A stretch of DNA of 64,000 nucleotides, from assembly GCA_964235945.1 (NCBI GenBank), contig CAXSDV010000003.1:32601-96600 (forward strand). Reading direction: 5' to 3'. Numbering within the stretch: the first letter of the stretch is position 1; each line of letters opens with the position of its first letter. The notes beneath the pieces are model-generated. The model had not been told where the DNA came from, searched no databases, and saw only the letters and a list, made by a program, of their open reading frames with translations. Positions 1-8,759 of this stretch are shown piece after piece. A program made the position numbers and the translations under genes. The stretch is from an uncultured Caulobacteraceae bacterium (GTDB taxonomy: Bacteria; Pseudomonadota; Alphaproteobacteria; Caulobacterales; Caulobacteraceae).

Positions 1-328
1 GGCGGTAGGGCTGGTCGAGCACGGAGGCCACGCAGGCGTGCAGAAAGGAGGCGGGGGTGTCGTAGAGCGGCGTCACCACCGTGATGAGCGGGCCGTCCGC
101 CTCCAGCCGGGCGGCGCGGGCGTGGAGGTCGGCGCGCGCTTCGGCGCTCAGCACGAAGTAGGGGCGGGCGGCGTCGAAGTTCGGGCGCGTGCAGGCCAGG
201 TGCTCCTGCGCCATGCGCGCCACCGCGCGGGGGCTCCCGCCGCGCAGGAGGTGGCGCAGCGCCGCGGCCGCGAGCCCCGGCCGGCGCAGCAGAACGGGAA
301 CGGCGCGCAGCACGAGGGGGGGGCTCAC
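1..328 (-). CDS. Glycosyltransferase family 2, N-terminal fragment (gene continues past the left edge)
   Basis: Absent from the ORF track because it is open-ended. The reverse frame from GTG 328-326 (GTGA overlap with the stop of the upstream GT4 gene) reads VSPPLVLRAV...GPLITVVTPLYDTPASFLHACVASVLDQPYR. This is a typical GT-A/GT2 N-terminal strand and motif. Third positions are G/C-rich. Confidence 0.6.
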   Translation of the reverse strand, partial: MSPPLVLRAVPVLLRRPGLAAAALRHLLRGGSPRAVARMAQEHLACTRPNFDAARPYFVLSAEARADLHARAARLEADGPLITVVTPLYDTPASFLHACVASVLDQPYR

Positions 329-1578
329 GCCGCAGCCTCCCGGGCGCCGTCGGCGACGGGGCGGTATGCGGCTCCCTCCGCCCGGCGCGGGCGCGAGAGC
401 ACCCCGGTGTAGAAGCGCTCCAGCCCGTCCGCCGCGCGGTCCCAGTCGAGCCAGCGTCGGGCGAAGGCGCGCCCCGCCCGGCCGATCGCCTCCGCCCGGG
501 TCGGGTCGCGCAGCAGGCCGTCCACCGCGTCGGCGATCTCCAGGCCGTCGCCGCGCCCGAGCACCACCGCCTCCACGCCGTCCTTGAGCAGCAGGCCCAG
601 GTTGGCGCGGGGCGTCACCACCGGGCGGCCCAGCGCCAGGAACTCGGGCAGCTTGGAGGGCAGGCGGTTGAGGTTGAAGGCGTTGGGCGCGCCCGGCTGC
701 ACCAGCACGTCCGCCAGCTTCATCACCGTCAGCATCTCGCGCCGGGGCAGGCGGCCGAGCTCGCGGCTGACCACGCCGCGCAGGTGCTCGAAGGCCACGT
801 CCAGCCCCGGCCCGTAGTCTTCGCCCGTGCGGATCAGCGTCACGCCCCAGCCGCGGCGGCGCAGCACGTGGACGGCCGTGTACAGGCTGAACATCTCCCG
901 CCGGTTGGCCGCGTGCAGGTTGCCCGGGTAGACGATCACCCGGTGGCCGGCGTCCACCCCCAGCCCTTGCAGCAGGGCGGCGCGCTGGTCGGGGCGCAGG
1001 GGCGGGCCCGCCTCGTCCAGGTCCGCGCCCGGCGTCAGCACGTGGCCGGGGGCGCCCGTCGGGGCGAAGCTCAGCAAGGGCGGCACGATGGCGGTGACGC
1101 CGTCCGCCGCGTCCAGGAAGTCGCGCATGCGGCGCGGGTGGCTGAGCGAGGGAGGGATGCGCGCGTCAAGTTCGGCGGGCGGCAGGGCCAGGAGCTCGTT
1201 CCAGCCCTTGCCGGTCTGGGCGGCGGTGAGCACCGTCTCGTCGTCCTCCAGGTGGACGACGACGCGCACGGGGGCGCGGGCGCGCAGCTTCTCCACCGCC
1301 CGGCGCACGCCCTCGCGGGGCGTCCAGGCGTGGACCACCGTGTCCGCCGTCCCCGGGGCGCGCCCGTCGAAGGCCAGCGCCCGGTCGGGCTGATCGCACA
1401 GGCGCGCGCGGGGCAGGGCGGCGAAGCGCACGCTCCCGAAGGCGTCGGCCCCCGCCGGGTCGCCGTCGGCGAACACCGCCACCGCGTGGCCGCGCCGCGA
1501 CAAGCGGTCCGCGAAGCGCGCGATATGGCCGCCGCTGTTGGAGTCGAACCGCCCGTAGCTGACGAAGAGAACCTTCAC
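325..1578 (-). CDS. Glycosyltransferase family 4 (GT-B fold)
   Basis: 417-aa ORF MKVLFVSYGRFDSNSGGHIARFADRLSRRGHAV... with a GT-B C-terminal half (ADVLVQPG...NRLPSKLPEFLALGRPVV). Forms an operon with the downstream GT2 fragment. Confidence 0.85.
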   Translation of the reverse strand: MKVLFVSYGRFDSNSGGHIARFADRLSRRGHAVAVFADGDPAGADAFGSVRFAALPRARLCDQPDRALAFDGRAPGTADTVVHAWTPREGVRRAVEKLRARAPVRVVVHLEDDETVLTAAQTGKGWNELLALPPAELDARIPPSLSHPRRMRDFLDAADGVTAIVPPLLSFAPTGAPGHVLTPGADLDEAGPPLRPDQRAALLQGLGVDAGHRVIVYPGNLHAANRREMFSLYTAVHVLRRRGWGVTLIRTGEDYGPGLDVAFEHLRGVVSRELGRLPRREMLTVMKLADVLVQPGAPNAFNLNRLPSKLPEFLALGRPVVTPRANLGLLLKDGVEAVVLGRGDGLEIADAVDGLLRDPTRAEAIGRAGRAFARRWLDWDRAADGLERFYTGVLSRPRRAEGAAYRPVADGAREAAA

Positions 1579-1661
1579 CGAACCCGCCCTGATACAACCG
1601 TGGGATGTATTGAGCGGGCGGGTCGGTTAACGCCCCGTCACTGCGGACGACCGGGAACGGC

Positions 1662-2279
1662 TCAGCCCGTCTTGCCCGGCCAGCGCAGCACGTGCGGCCC
1701 GGGCTCCCCGTAGCGGGCGGCGGGATTGTAGACGGGCAGGATCACCACGGGCGGCGGAGCCGGCGGCAGGGGCCCGCGGATGCAGCAGGGCGGACGCACC
1801 GCCTGGCAGCACGGCGGCGGGGGCGGGGCGGCGCAGCAGGGCGCGGGCGCGTAGCGGACGGGCAACAAGCGGGGCGGGGCGGGCCGGCGCACCCTCGCCC
1901 GCACCCGCACGGGCGGATGCGCGCGGGGGCGCGGGGCCGGCCGGCGTCGGCGGTGGTGGGCGGGACGGCCGGTGGCGCACGCCACCCGCACCCAGCCTTC
2001 CCGCTCGGCCTGGACCTGCACCGGCGGCCCGGCGGGCTCGCTCACCAGGCACCAGACGGGGCCGGGCGCGCCCGGAGGCGGCGGCGACAAGCGCCAGCTC
2101 GACCGCGGGCCGGGCGGCGGGGCGTAGCGGGCGGCCTGGCGCACGTGGGCGTAACAGGCCCCCGGCCGCGCGTGGGCGGGCGGCGCGGCCAGCATGGCGG
2201 CGGAGGCCGGGCCGGCGAGCCCGGCGGGCGCGGCGAAGGCGAGGGCGGCCAGGACGGCGGCGACGGGGCGTGCGGGCAC
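1662..2279 (-). CDS. Secreted proline/cysteine-rich hypothetical protein
   Basis: Inside ORF 1662..2615(-). GTG at 2279 is preceded by GGAGGG (9-nt spacing). The N-terminus (M)[27 protein letters not shown] looks like a signal peptide. Third positions are strongly G/C throughout. The C-terminus carries three CC doublets ([23 protein letters not shown]). Confidence 0.5.
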   Translation of the reverse strand: MPARPVAAVLAALAFAAPAGLAGPASAAMLAAPPAHARPGACYAHVRQAARYAPPPGPRSSWRLSPPPPGAPGPVWCLVSEPAGPPVQVQAEREGWVRVACATGRPAHHRRRRPAPRPRAHPPVRVRARVRRPAPPRLLPVRYAPAPCCAAPPPPPCCQAVRPPCCIRGPLPPAPPPVVILPVYNPAARYGEPGPHVLRWPGKTG

Positions 2280-2295
2280 GGGCGTGTCCCTCCGT

Positions 2296-2324
2296 GGAAC
2301 GGTCGATCCCGTTCCCGCAAACGG
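2296..2324. promoter_or_regulatory. Triple GGAACGG / CCGTTCC / AACGG motif (overlapping alternative inverted repeats) in a divergent intergenic region
   Basis: ggaacgg (2296-2302), tcgatc, ccgttcc (2309-2315), cccgca overlap, aacgg (2320-2324). There is a 7-bp perfect inverted repeat plus a competing 5-bp one. It lies between the Pro/Cys-rich gene (-) and the PCD gene (+). Confidence 0.3.
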
Positions 2325-2402
2325 CGGGCCGCGGCTTGCCGCTCTCGCCCCGCCGTGGCTCTTGGCCACGTCGAACCCCAGGAGGAGACGCAGGTGGCGG
2401 GC

Positions 2403-2699
2403 ATGGAGCGGATGGACGCGGGCGAGGCCGCGGCGGCGCTGGAGGGCTGGACGGCGTCCCCGGACGGGACGGCGCTGCACAAGCGCTACCGCTTCGCCGA
2501 CTTCAACGCGGCCTTCGGCTGGATGGCCCGGGTGGCGCTGGCGGCCGAGCGCGCCGACCACCACCCCGAATGGTCCAACGTGTACGACCGGGTGGAGGTT
2601 CGCCTGACCACCCACGACGCGGGCGGGGTGACGGCCAGGGACGTGGCCCTGGCCCGCTTCATGGACGCGGCGGTCCCCCCGGGGGCGGACGACGCCTGA
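2403..2699 (+). CDS. phhB: Pterin-4-alpha-carbinolamine dehydratase
   Basis: Last 98 codons of ORF 1692..2699, starting at ATG 2403: [17 protein letters not shown]...[49 protein letters not shown]. This carries the PCD/DCoH signature DHHPEW..Y..V...L.TH. Confidence 0.85.
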   Translation: MERMDAGEAAAALEGWTASPDGTALHKRYRFADFNAAFGWMARVALAAERADHHPEWSNVYDRVEVRLTTHDAGGVTARDVALARFMDAAVPPGADDA

Positions 2700-2719
2700 C
2701 GGCCGGAGGCGGTCGCGCT

Positions 2720-3118
2720 TCAGTTCACCAGGAGGGTGCCGAGCAGGAGCTTGGCCCCGGGGCGGCCCAGCACCCGGTCGGTGGCGCGCTGCAGCTCGGC
2801 CCCGACCTGCCCGGGGTCGGGCGCGCCGCCGGGCGGGATGGAGTTGGCGTACACCACCAGGAAGCGCGCGTACGCGTCGCGCAGGCGCGGCATCGACTTC
2901 TCCGCCCGGGCGCGCAGCCCCGCGTCCGGCACGTCCATGCCCGCCTCCACCTGCAGCACGCCGTGGCGGCCGGTGGAGCGCAGGATGGTGGCGGTGAGCC
3001 CCGGCAGCTGGATGTAGCTCTCGCCCCCGCCCTTCTTGTGCTCGGCGTGCTCCCCCGCGAACGCGGGCGTGGCCGCGAGCAGCAGGACGGACGGCAGGAC
3101 GCGAAGGAGGCGGCGCAT
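2720..3118 (-). CDS. Hypothetical periplasmic protein (signal peptide; weakly FliL-like C-terminal pattern)
   Basis: 132-aa ORF with MRRLLRVLPSVLLLAATPAFAGE signal peptide. The pattern YIQLPGLTATIL...LQVEAGMDV...MPRLRDAY...LLLGTLLVN resembles FliL-type proteins. There is no flagellar context. Confidence 0.55.
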   Translation of the reverse strand: MRRLLRVLPSVLLLAATPAFAGEHAEHKKGGGESYIQLPGLTATILRSTGRHGVLQVEAGMDVPDAGLRARAEKSMPRLRDAYARFLVVYANSIPPGGAPDPGQVGAELQRATDRVLGRPGAKLLLGTLLVN

Positions 3119-3181
3119 GGCGCCTTCCCTAGCCGCTCCGCGTGAACGCGCGGTTGAGGCGGGGTCGCGCAGACGGGCGCG

Positions 3182-4102
3182 TCAGGGCGCCTCGCCCGTC
3201 CATTCCCAGTGCCAGGGCTCGAACACGTAGTTGACGAAGCCGAAGCGGCGCGCGTTGGCCAGCAGCCAGCGGTAGGCGGGCCCGCGGGTCTGCGCCAGCC
3301 GGTTGACGTCCGCGGACGAGTCGACGGACAGCCCGGGCGCGTGGCCCACGTCCACGTCCATGGCCAGGCCCGTGCGGTGGGCCGAGCAGCCGGCGCGCAC
3401 CACCCCCTGGCAGTTGCCGTCCCGGGCGCAGCGCGCCGCGTCGTAGTCGGGGCTGCGGAAGCCGGAGAACAGGGCCAGCGCCTCCCGGTCGCGCCGCAGG
3501 GCGGGGATCTCGGCGCGGGCGGCCGCCGTCATGCGCCGGTAGGCCGCCAACGCCCCGGGGCGAAGCTGGATCGGCTTGCCGCCCAGGGTCTCGTCCTCGC
3601 GCGCGGCCTCCAGGCGCGAGGGGGCGGGCGGGGCGGGGCAGGGGGCGCCCGCCGCGCGCGTCGTCACGAACGGCCGGCGGCCCTGCCAGACCGCCTTGAA
3701 GCGGTCCAGCGTCTCCTGGCCGACCGCGCCCGTGGCGGAGAGCCCCTGCGCTTGTTGCCAGCGCAGCAGGTCCGCGGCGAAGCCGGGCGTCAGGTGCGGG
3801 CAGGCCGAGCCGACCTCCGCCGCCACGGCGGGGGCGTACACGGCCCAGCCCGTCTCCGGCCGGCCGAAGCCCGCCCAGGGCAGGGTGTCGAGGGTGGAAA
3901 GGTTGGCGCGGGCGGGCTCGGCGGCCCAGGCGGGCTCCGAGCAGGGCGCGGCGCGCAGCACCGGAACGGAGGCCGGGCCGTCCGCCACCGGGCGCACGGG
4001 AGGCCCGCCGACCTCGGGCCGGGGGCCGCCCGCGCAACCGGCGAGGACGAGGGCCGCGAGGGCGACCGCGCCCGGCCGCCTTCGCCGGGCGCGCGGGTTC
4101 AC
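3182..4102 (-). CDS. D-alanyl-D-alanine carboxypeptidase (VanY / peptidase M15B) lipoprotein
   Basis: C-terminal part of ORF 3182..4669. Lipobox LVLAGCAG. M15 motifs SGFRSPDYD...HRTGLAMDV...FVNYVFEPWHWEW. GTG at 4102 forms a GTGA overlap with the galE stop (4099-4101). An ATG at 4141 is an alternative start. Confidence 0.8.
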   Translation of the reverse strand: MNPRARRRRPGAVALAALVLAGCAGGPRPEVGGPPVRPVADGPASVPVLRAAPCSEPAWAAEPARANLSTLDTLPWAGFGRPETGWAVYAPAVAAEVGSACPHLTPGFAADLLRWQQAQGLSATGAVGQETLDRFKAVWQGRRPFVTTRAAGAPCPAPPAPSRLEAAREDETLGGKPIQLRPGALAAYRRMTAAARAEIPALRRDREALALFSGFRSPDYDAARCARDGNCQGVVRAGCSAHRTGLAMDVDVGHAPGLSVDSSADVNRLAQTRGPAYRWLLANARRFGFVNYVFEPWHWEWTGEAP

Positions 4103-5100
4103 GCCTTCGCGGGCGCGAGGGACTCGGGTCTCGAATGCCATGCCCAAGCGTCGCGCACGATCGTGGCGATATCGGACCGCTCGGGCGTCCAGCCCAGCAC
4201 TTCGCGCGCCCGGGCGTTGGAGGCGACCAGCACCGGCGGATCGCCCGCGCGCCGGGGCCCGACCGTGCGGTGGAGCGGCCGGCCCGCCGCGGCCTCGATG
4301 GCGTCCGCCACCTCCTTCACCGTGGTGCCCACCCCCGTGCCCAGGTTGAAGAAGCCGCCGGCGCCGCCGTTCAGCAGGTGGTCGGCGGCCAGGGCGTGCG
4401 CCGAGCCGAGGTCGGTGACGTGGACATAGTCGCGCACGCAGGTGCCGTCGCGCGTGTCGAAATCGTCGCCGAAGATGGTGAAGCGGTAGTCGGGATCGAG
4501 CACGCCGCGCATGGCGAGCGGGATCAGGTGCGTTTCGGGGTCGTGGCGCTCGCCGGTCTCGCCGTCGGCGTCGTCGCCCGCGGCGTTGAAGTAGCGTAGC
4601 GAGGCGAACCGCAGGCCGTAGGCGGCGGCGTAGTCGTGCATCATCCGCTCGACGAACAGTTTCGACCAACCATAGGGATTGATCGGCTGCTGCGGGTGCG
4701 TTTCGGGGATCGGCGTCTCCTGCGGCACGCCGTAGGTGGCGGCGGTGGAGGAGAAGATCATCCCCTTGGCCCCCGCCTCGCGCATGGCCTCCAGTATGTT
4801 CCAGGCCCCCACCGAGTTGTTCTGGTAGTAGCTGGACGGGTCCTTCACCGAGTCCCCCACGGAGGTCAGCGCGGCGAAGTGGGCCACCAGGTCGGGTTTC
4901 GCCTCCACCATGGCGCGGGTCAGCGTCCGGCGGTCCAGGATGTCGCCCTCCACCAGCGGGCCCCAGCGCACCAGGTCGCGCCAGCCGTAGGACAGGTTGT
5001 CGTAGGTCACCACGCGCCAGCCCGCCGCGGCGAAGGCCTTGCAGCAGTGGCTGCCGACATAGCCGGCCCCGCCCGTCACGAAGATGGTCTTCACCCGCAC
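4099..5100 (-). CDS. galE: UDP-glucose 4-epimerase
   Basis: 333 aa. MRVKTIFVTGGAGYVGSH..., YGWSK catalytic motif, ...LRYFNAAG...DG.CVRDYVHV; collinear with GalE/ExoB. Confidence 0.9.
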   Translation of the reverse strand: MRVKTIFVTGGAGYVGSHCCKAFAAAGWRVVTYDNLSYGWRDLVRWGPLVEGDILDRRTLTRAMVEAKPDLVAHFAALTSVGDSVKDPSSYYQNNSVGAWNILEAMREAGAKGMIFSSTAATYGVPQETPIPETHPQQPINPYGWSKLFVERMMHDYAAAYGLRFASLRYFNAAGDDADGETGERHDPETHLIPLAMRGVLDPDYRFTIFGDDFDTRDGTCVRDYVHVTDLGSAHALAADHLLNGGAGGFFNLGTGVGTTVKEVADAIEAAAGRPLHRTVGPRRAGDPPVLVASNARAREVLGWTPERSDIATIVRDAWAWHSRPESLAPAKA

Positions 5101-5189
5101 GCTCCCGAACCGTCCATGTCGCGGGGGAAGGCTCCGCGACCGGCCCCGTTCCGTTCCCCCGCCGGACGGGTTAGACGAGCGGCCTGCGA

Positions 5190-6308
5190 TTGGCCACGGT
5201 CGCCGCGCGGGATCGTGCGGCGGCCCCGGGGGAGTGCACGGTCCTGAAGGTGTTGGTCACGGGCGGGGCGGGCTTCATCGGGTCCGCCGTCTGCCGCCAG
5301 CTCGCCGCGGCGGGCGAGGAGGTCGTCAACCTCGACAAGCTCACCTACGCCGCCAGCCTCGCCTCGGTGGCGGACGCCGCCGCCACCGAGGGCTACCGCT
5401 TCGTCCAAGCGGACATCGCCGACGCGGAGGCGGTGCGCTCGGCCTTCGCCGAGCACCGGCCGGACGCGGTCATGCACCTGGCCGCCGAGAGCCACGTGGA
5501 CCGCTCCATCACCGGCCCCGGCGAGTTCGTGCGGACCAACCTGGTGGGCACCTACACCCTGCTGCAGGCGGCGCTGGAGCACCACCGAACGCTGGAGGGC
5601 GCCGCGCGCGAGCGGTTCCGCTTCCTCCACGTGTCCACGGACGAGGTGTACGGCTCGCTGGGCGCCGAGGGGCTGTTCACGGAAACGACCGCCTACGATC
5701 CGCGCTCGCCCTACTCCGCGTCCAAGGCGGGGTCCGACCACCTGGCCAGCGCCTGGTTCCACACCTTCGGCCTGCCGGTGGTCACGTCCAACTGCTCCAA
5801 CAACTACGGGCCGCACCACTTCCCCGAGAAGCTGATCCCGCTCGTCATCCTCAACGCGCTGGAGGGCCGGCCCCTGCCGGTCTACGGCGACGGCGCCAAC
5901 GTGCGCGACTGGCTGTACGTGGAGGACCACGCGCGCGCCCTGCGCCTGATCGTGGAGCGCGGCCGGCCGGGGGAGACCTACAACGTCGGCGGCAGGAACG
6001 AGCGCACCAACCTGCAGGTGGTGCAGGCCGTGTGCGACATCCTCGACCGGCTGGCGCCCGCCGAACGCCCGCGCCGCGAGCTGATCGCCTTCGTGGCCGA
6101 CCGGCCGGGCCACGACGCGCGCTACGCCATCGACGCCTCCAAGCTGGAGGGCGAGCTCGGCTGGCGCGCCCAGGAGACTTTCGAGACCGGGCTGGAGAAG
6201 ACGGTGCGCTGGTACCTCGACCGGCGCGACTGGTGGGAGCCCCTGCGCGCGCGCTACGCCGGCGAGCGGCTGGGCCTGCCCGCGGGCGGCGCGGGGGCGG
6301 CCGGGTGA
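5190..6308 (+). CDS. rfbB: dTDP-glucose 4,6-dehydratase
   Basis: [15 protein letters not shown]..., [41 protein letters not shown] are classic RmlB motifs. The start is uncertain: TTG 5190 is the longest ORF, and GTG 5250 (or CTG 5244) would give the usual short N-terminus. Confidence 0.9.
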   Translation: MATVAARDRAAAPGECTVLKVLVTGGAGFIGSAVCRQLAAAGEEVVNLDKLTYAASLASVADAAATEGYRFVQADIADAEAVRSAFAEHRPDAVMHLAAESHVDRSITGPGEFVRTNLVGTYTLLQAALEHHRTLEGAARERFRFLHVSTDEVYGSLGAEGLFTETTAYDPRSPYSASKAGSDHLASAWFHTFGLPVVTSNCSNNYGPHHFPEKLIPLVILNALEGRPLPVYGDGANVRDWLYVEDHARALRLIVERGRPGETYNVGGRNERTNLQVVQAVCDILDRLAPAERPRRELIAFVADRPGHDARYAIDASKLEGELGWRAQETFETGLEKTVRWYLDRRDWWEPLRARYAGERLGLPAGGAGAAG

Positions 6309-7213
6309 GCCGGCTGCTGGTGTTCGGAAGCTCCGGCCAGCTCGCCCGCGAACTCGTGCGCCTGGGCGGCGAGGGGGGGCGCGAGGTGCGCGCCCTCGGC
6401 CGCGCCGAGCTCGACCTCGCCGATCCCGCCCTCGACCTGGACGCGGCGATGGCCGCCGTTCTCGCCGCCGAGCGGCCGGACGCGGTGGTCAACGCGTCCG
6501 GCTACACGGCGGTGGACAGGGCGGAGGGCGAGGTCGACGCCGCCCTGCGCCTCAACCAGGACGCCCCCGCCGCCATGGCGCGCGCCTGCGCGGCGGCGGG
6601 CGTCCCCTTCGTGCACGTGTCCACCGACTACGTGTTCGACGGCCGCGCCGGCCCCTACCGCGAGAACGACCCGGTCGCCCCCGCCGGGGCCTACGGCCGC
6701 TCCAAGGCGCAGGGCGAGGCGGCCGTGCGCGCGGCGGGCGGCCGCGCCGCCACCCTGCGCACGAGCTGGGTGTACGCCGCCCATGGGGCCAACTTCGTGC
6801 GCACCATGCTGCGCTTGGCGCAGACGCGCGAGGAGGTGGCGGTGGTGGCCGACCAGCGCGGCCGCCCCACCTGGGCGCGCGAACTCGCGCAGGGGTGCCT
6901 CTTGGCCGCCGACGCGCTCGGTCGCGGCGAGCTCGCGGACACGCCCGTGCTGCACGTGTCGGGCGGCGGCGAGGCGAGTTGGGCGCAGTTCGCCGGGGCG
7001 GTGTTCGAGCTGTCCGCCGCCCGGGGCGGGCCGTCCGCGCGGGTCAGGCCGATCACCACCGCCGAGTATCCCACCCCCGCGCCGCGCCCCGCCGACTCGC
7101 GCCTGGACGGGGCGCTCGCCGCCGAGCGCCTGGGCTTCCGGCCCCGGCCCTGGCGCGACAGCCTGGCGCTCTGCCTGGACGAGATGGTCCTGAACCCACC
7201 GGAGATCACCTGA
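6305..7213 (+). CDS. rfbD: dTDP-4-dehydrorhamnose reductase
   Basis: Last 302 codons of ORF 5084..7213, starting at GTG 6305 (GTGA overlap with the rfbB stop). [17 protein letters not shown]..., [22 protein letters not shown]...Y.E.D...P...YGRSK, as in RmlD. Confidence 0.9.
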   Translation: MSRLLVFGSSGQLARELVRLGGEGGREVRALGRAELDLADPALDLDAAMAAVLAAERPDAVVNASGYTAVDRAEGEVDAALRLNQDAPAAMARACAAAGVPFVHVSTDYVFDGRAGPYRENDPVAPAGAYGRSKAQGEAAVRAAGGRAATLRTSWVYAAHGANFVRTMLRLAQTREEVAVVADQRGRPTWARELAQGCLLAADALGRGELADTPVLHVSGGGEASWAQFAGAVFELSAARGGPSARVRPITTAEYPTPAPRPADSRLDGALAAERLGFRPRPWRDSLALCLDEMVLNPPEIT

Positions 7214-8104
7214 GTGAAAGGCATCGTCATGGCCGCGGGGGACGCGGCCGCCCTGCGCCCGGCCACCCTCACCGTCGCCAAGGGCCTCCTGCCCATCTAC
7301 GACAAGCCCATGGTCTACCACCCGATCAGCACCCTGATGCTGGCGGGGGTGCGCGACATGCTGATCGTCACCACGCCCCGGGCGCGGTCCCAGTTCGAGG
7401 CGTGCCTGGGCGACGGGTCGCGCTTCGGCGTGAACTTCAGCTACGCCGAGCAGGCGGAGCCGCGGGGCCTGGCGCAGGCCTTTCTGATCGGCGAGCGCTT
7501 CCTGGACGGCGGGTGCGCCGCCATGATCCTGGGCGACAACATCTTCTTCGGCGCGGGGCTGACGGAGAACCTGCGGGACGCCGCCGCCCTCAGCTCCGGC
7601 GCGCGCGTGTTCGCCAGCCGGGTGCGCGCGCCCGAGCGCTACGCGGTGGTGGGTTTCGACGCGGAGCACCGCGCGGTGTCGCTGGAGGAGAAGCCCGTCG
7701 CCCCCGCCTCCGACTGGGCGGTGACCGGGCTCTACTTCTACGACGCGGACGTGGTGGAGATCGCCAAGGCGGTGCGCCCCTCGGTGCGGGGCCTGCTGGA
7801 GATCACGGACGTCAACCGCGCGTACCTGGCGCGAGGCACGCTGGACGTGCGGCGGCTGCGGCGCGGCGAGTCCTGGCTGGACACCCGCCGCCACGACTCC
7901 CTGTCGGAGGCGGCCGGCTTCATTCGCGCGCTCGAACACCGCCAAGGGCTCAAGATCGCCTGCCCCGAGGAGGTGGCGCTGCACAACGGCTGGCTCACCC
8001 CGGACGAGTGCGCCGCCCGCGGCCGCGCCCTGGGCAAGACCGACTACGGCCGCTACCTGATGGAGATCGCCGGCGCCCAGGGCGCGGCGGTGCGGGCGGG
8101 CTGA
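7214..8104 (+). CDS. rfbA: Glucose-1-phosphate thymidylyltransferase paralog with a degenerate N-terminal nucleotide-binding loop
   Basis: Collinear with RmlA over its full length ([45 protein letters not shown]). However, the GGSGTRL loop reads AAGDAAAL and [10 protein letters not shown] reads WLDTRRHDSL. GTG start lies directly after the rfbD stop. Confidence 0.75.
   Translation: MKGIVMAAGDAAALRPATLTVAKGLLPIYDKPMVYHPISTLMLAGVRDMLIVTTPRARSQFEACLGDGSRFGVNFSYAEQAEPRGLAQAFLIGERFLDGGCAAMILGDNIFFGAGLTENLRDAAALSSGARVFASRVRAPERYAVVGFDAEHRAVSLEEKPVAPASDWAVTGLYFYDADVVEIAKAVRPSVRGLLEITDVNRAYLARGTLDVRRLRRGESWLDTRRHDSLSEAAGFIRALEHRQGLKIACPEEVALHNGWLTPDECAARGRALGKTDYGRYLMEIAGAQGAAVRAG
7715..7783 (+). 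repeat. 69-nt tract identical to 10834-10902 (inside rfbA paralog 1)
   Basis: tgggcggtgaccgggctctacttctacgacgcggacgtggtggagatcgccaaggcggtgcgcccctcg is identical in both rfbA copies. Flanking sequence is clearly diverged. Confidence 0.9.
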
Positions 8105-8124
8105 CCGTCAAGGTCGGGTGAGTT

Positions 8125-8145
8125 CCACGCCGCCCGTCGGCGTGG
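8125..8145. terminator. GC hairpin between convergent rfbA(+) and gmhB(-)
   Basis: ccacgccg-cccgt-cggcgtgg: perfect 8-bp stem with a 5-nt loop, in the 41-nt convergent gap. There is no U-tract, so intrinsic-terminator function is only presumed. Confidence 0.4.
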
Positions 8146-8676
8146 CTAGCCCGCGTCCGCCAGCGCCTGCGCCAGCACGGCGTCCACGTCCCCGCCCGCG
8201 TCGGCGGTGGTGAAGGGCACGCCGCGCACGCCGGCGGCGGCGGCGGCGGCCATGTCGCTGTCGCGGTCGCCCAGCATGAGGCTCAGCTCGGGGTCGACGG
8301 CGTGGGCGGCGATCAGCGCCTCCAGCATGCCGGGCAGGGGCTTTCGGCAGCGGCACGCGCCGCTCAGCTCCGGGTGGTGCGGGCAGAAGCGCCAGTCGTC
8401 CACCCGCGCGCCCTCCCGCGCGAGTTCGGCCGCCATCCAGCGGTGCAGGGCGCGCACGTCCTCCTCCGAGTACAGCCCGCGCGCGATCCCCGACTGGTTG
8501 GTGACCACGAAGGCCAGCAGGCCCGCCTCGTTCACCCGGCGCACCGCCCGCGCCGCCCCCTTCACCCAGCGCACCTGGTCCGCCCGGTGGGTGAAGCCCG
8601 TGTCGAGGTTGAGCACCCCGTCGCGGTCGAAGAACACCGCGCCCCGCCGCGCCCCGCCGATCCCGTCCCGCGTCAT
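8146..8676 (-). CDS. gmhB: D-glycero-beta-D-manno-heptose 1,7-bisphosphate 7-phosphatase (HAD-IIIA)
   Basis: 176 aa. VFFDRDGVLN (HAD motif I), VVTNQSG, and the Zn-loop FCPHHPE...CRCRKPLPGM typical of GmhB. Confidence 0.85.
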   Translation of the reverse strand: MTRDGIGGARRGAVFFDRDGVLNLDTGFTHRADQVRWVKGAARAVRRVNEAGLLAFVVTNQSGIARGLYSEEDVRALHRWMAAELAREGARVDDWRFCPHHPELSGACRCRKPLPGMLEALIAAHAVDPELSLMLGDRDSDMAAAAAAGVRGVPFTTADAGGDVDAVLAQALADAG

Positions 8677-8759
8677 GGGCGGGCGCTAGCACGCGGCGGG
8701 ACGGGTCGGACAGGGGCGGGCTGGACAGGGCGGGGCGCTCCAGGCTCTAAGCCGCCCCC

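Noticed and set aside
2720-3118. Annotating the 132-aa periplasmic protein as flagellar FliL.
   Set aside because: The resemblance is limited to a loose C-terminal pattern and there are no flagellar genes nearby. It is kept as hypothetical.
3182-4141. ATG 4141 as the start of the VanY-like gene.
   Set aside because: It would overlap galE by 43 nt and add a non-signal N-terminal extension. GTG 4102 gives a GTGA junction and places the Arg-rich n-region and lipobox (LAGC) at the N-terminus. It is kept only as an alternative.
5084-7213. 709-aa ORF that would fuse an N-terminal extension to rfbD. Analogous over-extended ORFs are 52869..56822, 57931..60678, 44637..46508, 32661..35318 and 12900..14654.
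   Set aside because: Only the C-terminal part matches a protein family. The upstream part overlaps a better gene in another frame, and a GTGA/ATGA-coupled or SD-preceded internal start coincides with the family N-terminus.
6254-7984. 576-aa minus-strand ORF antisense to rfbD/rfbA. Similar very long ORFs occur at 48510..51596(-), 49247..51832(+), 22601..24394(-), 36460..38760(-) and 36462..38999(+).
   Set aside because: The translations are low-complexity Arg/Pro/Gly/Ala strings with no recognisable motifs. They lie opposite to, or out of frame with, genes that show strong family signatures. This is the expected stop-codon-poor artefact of very GC-rich DNA.
7214-8104. Calling rfbA paralog 1 a pseudogene.
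   Set aside because: There is no frameshift or internal stop. It is full-length and collinear with RmlA, with coding-type third-position bias. It is therefore reported as a CDS with degenerate active-site motifs.
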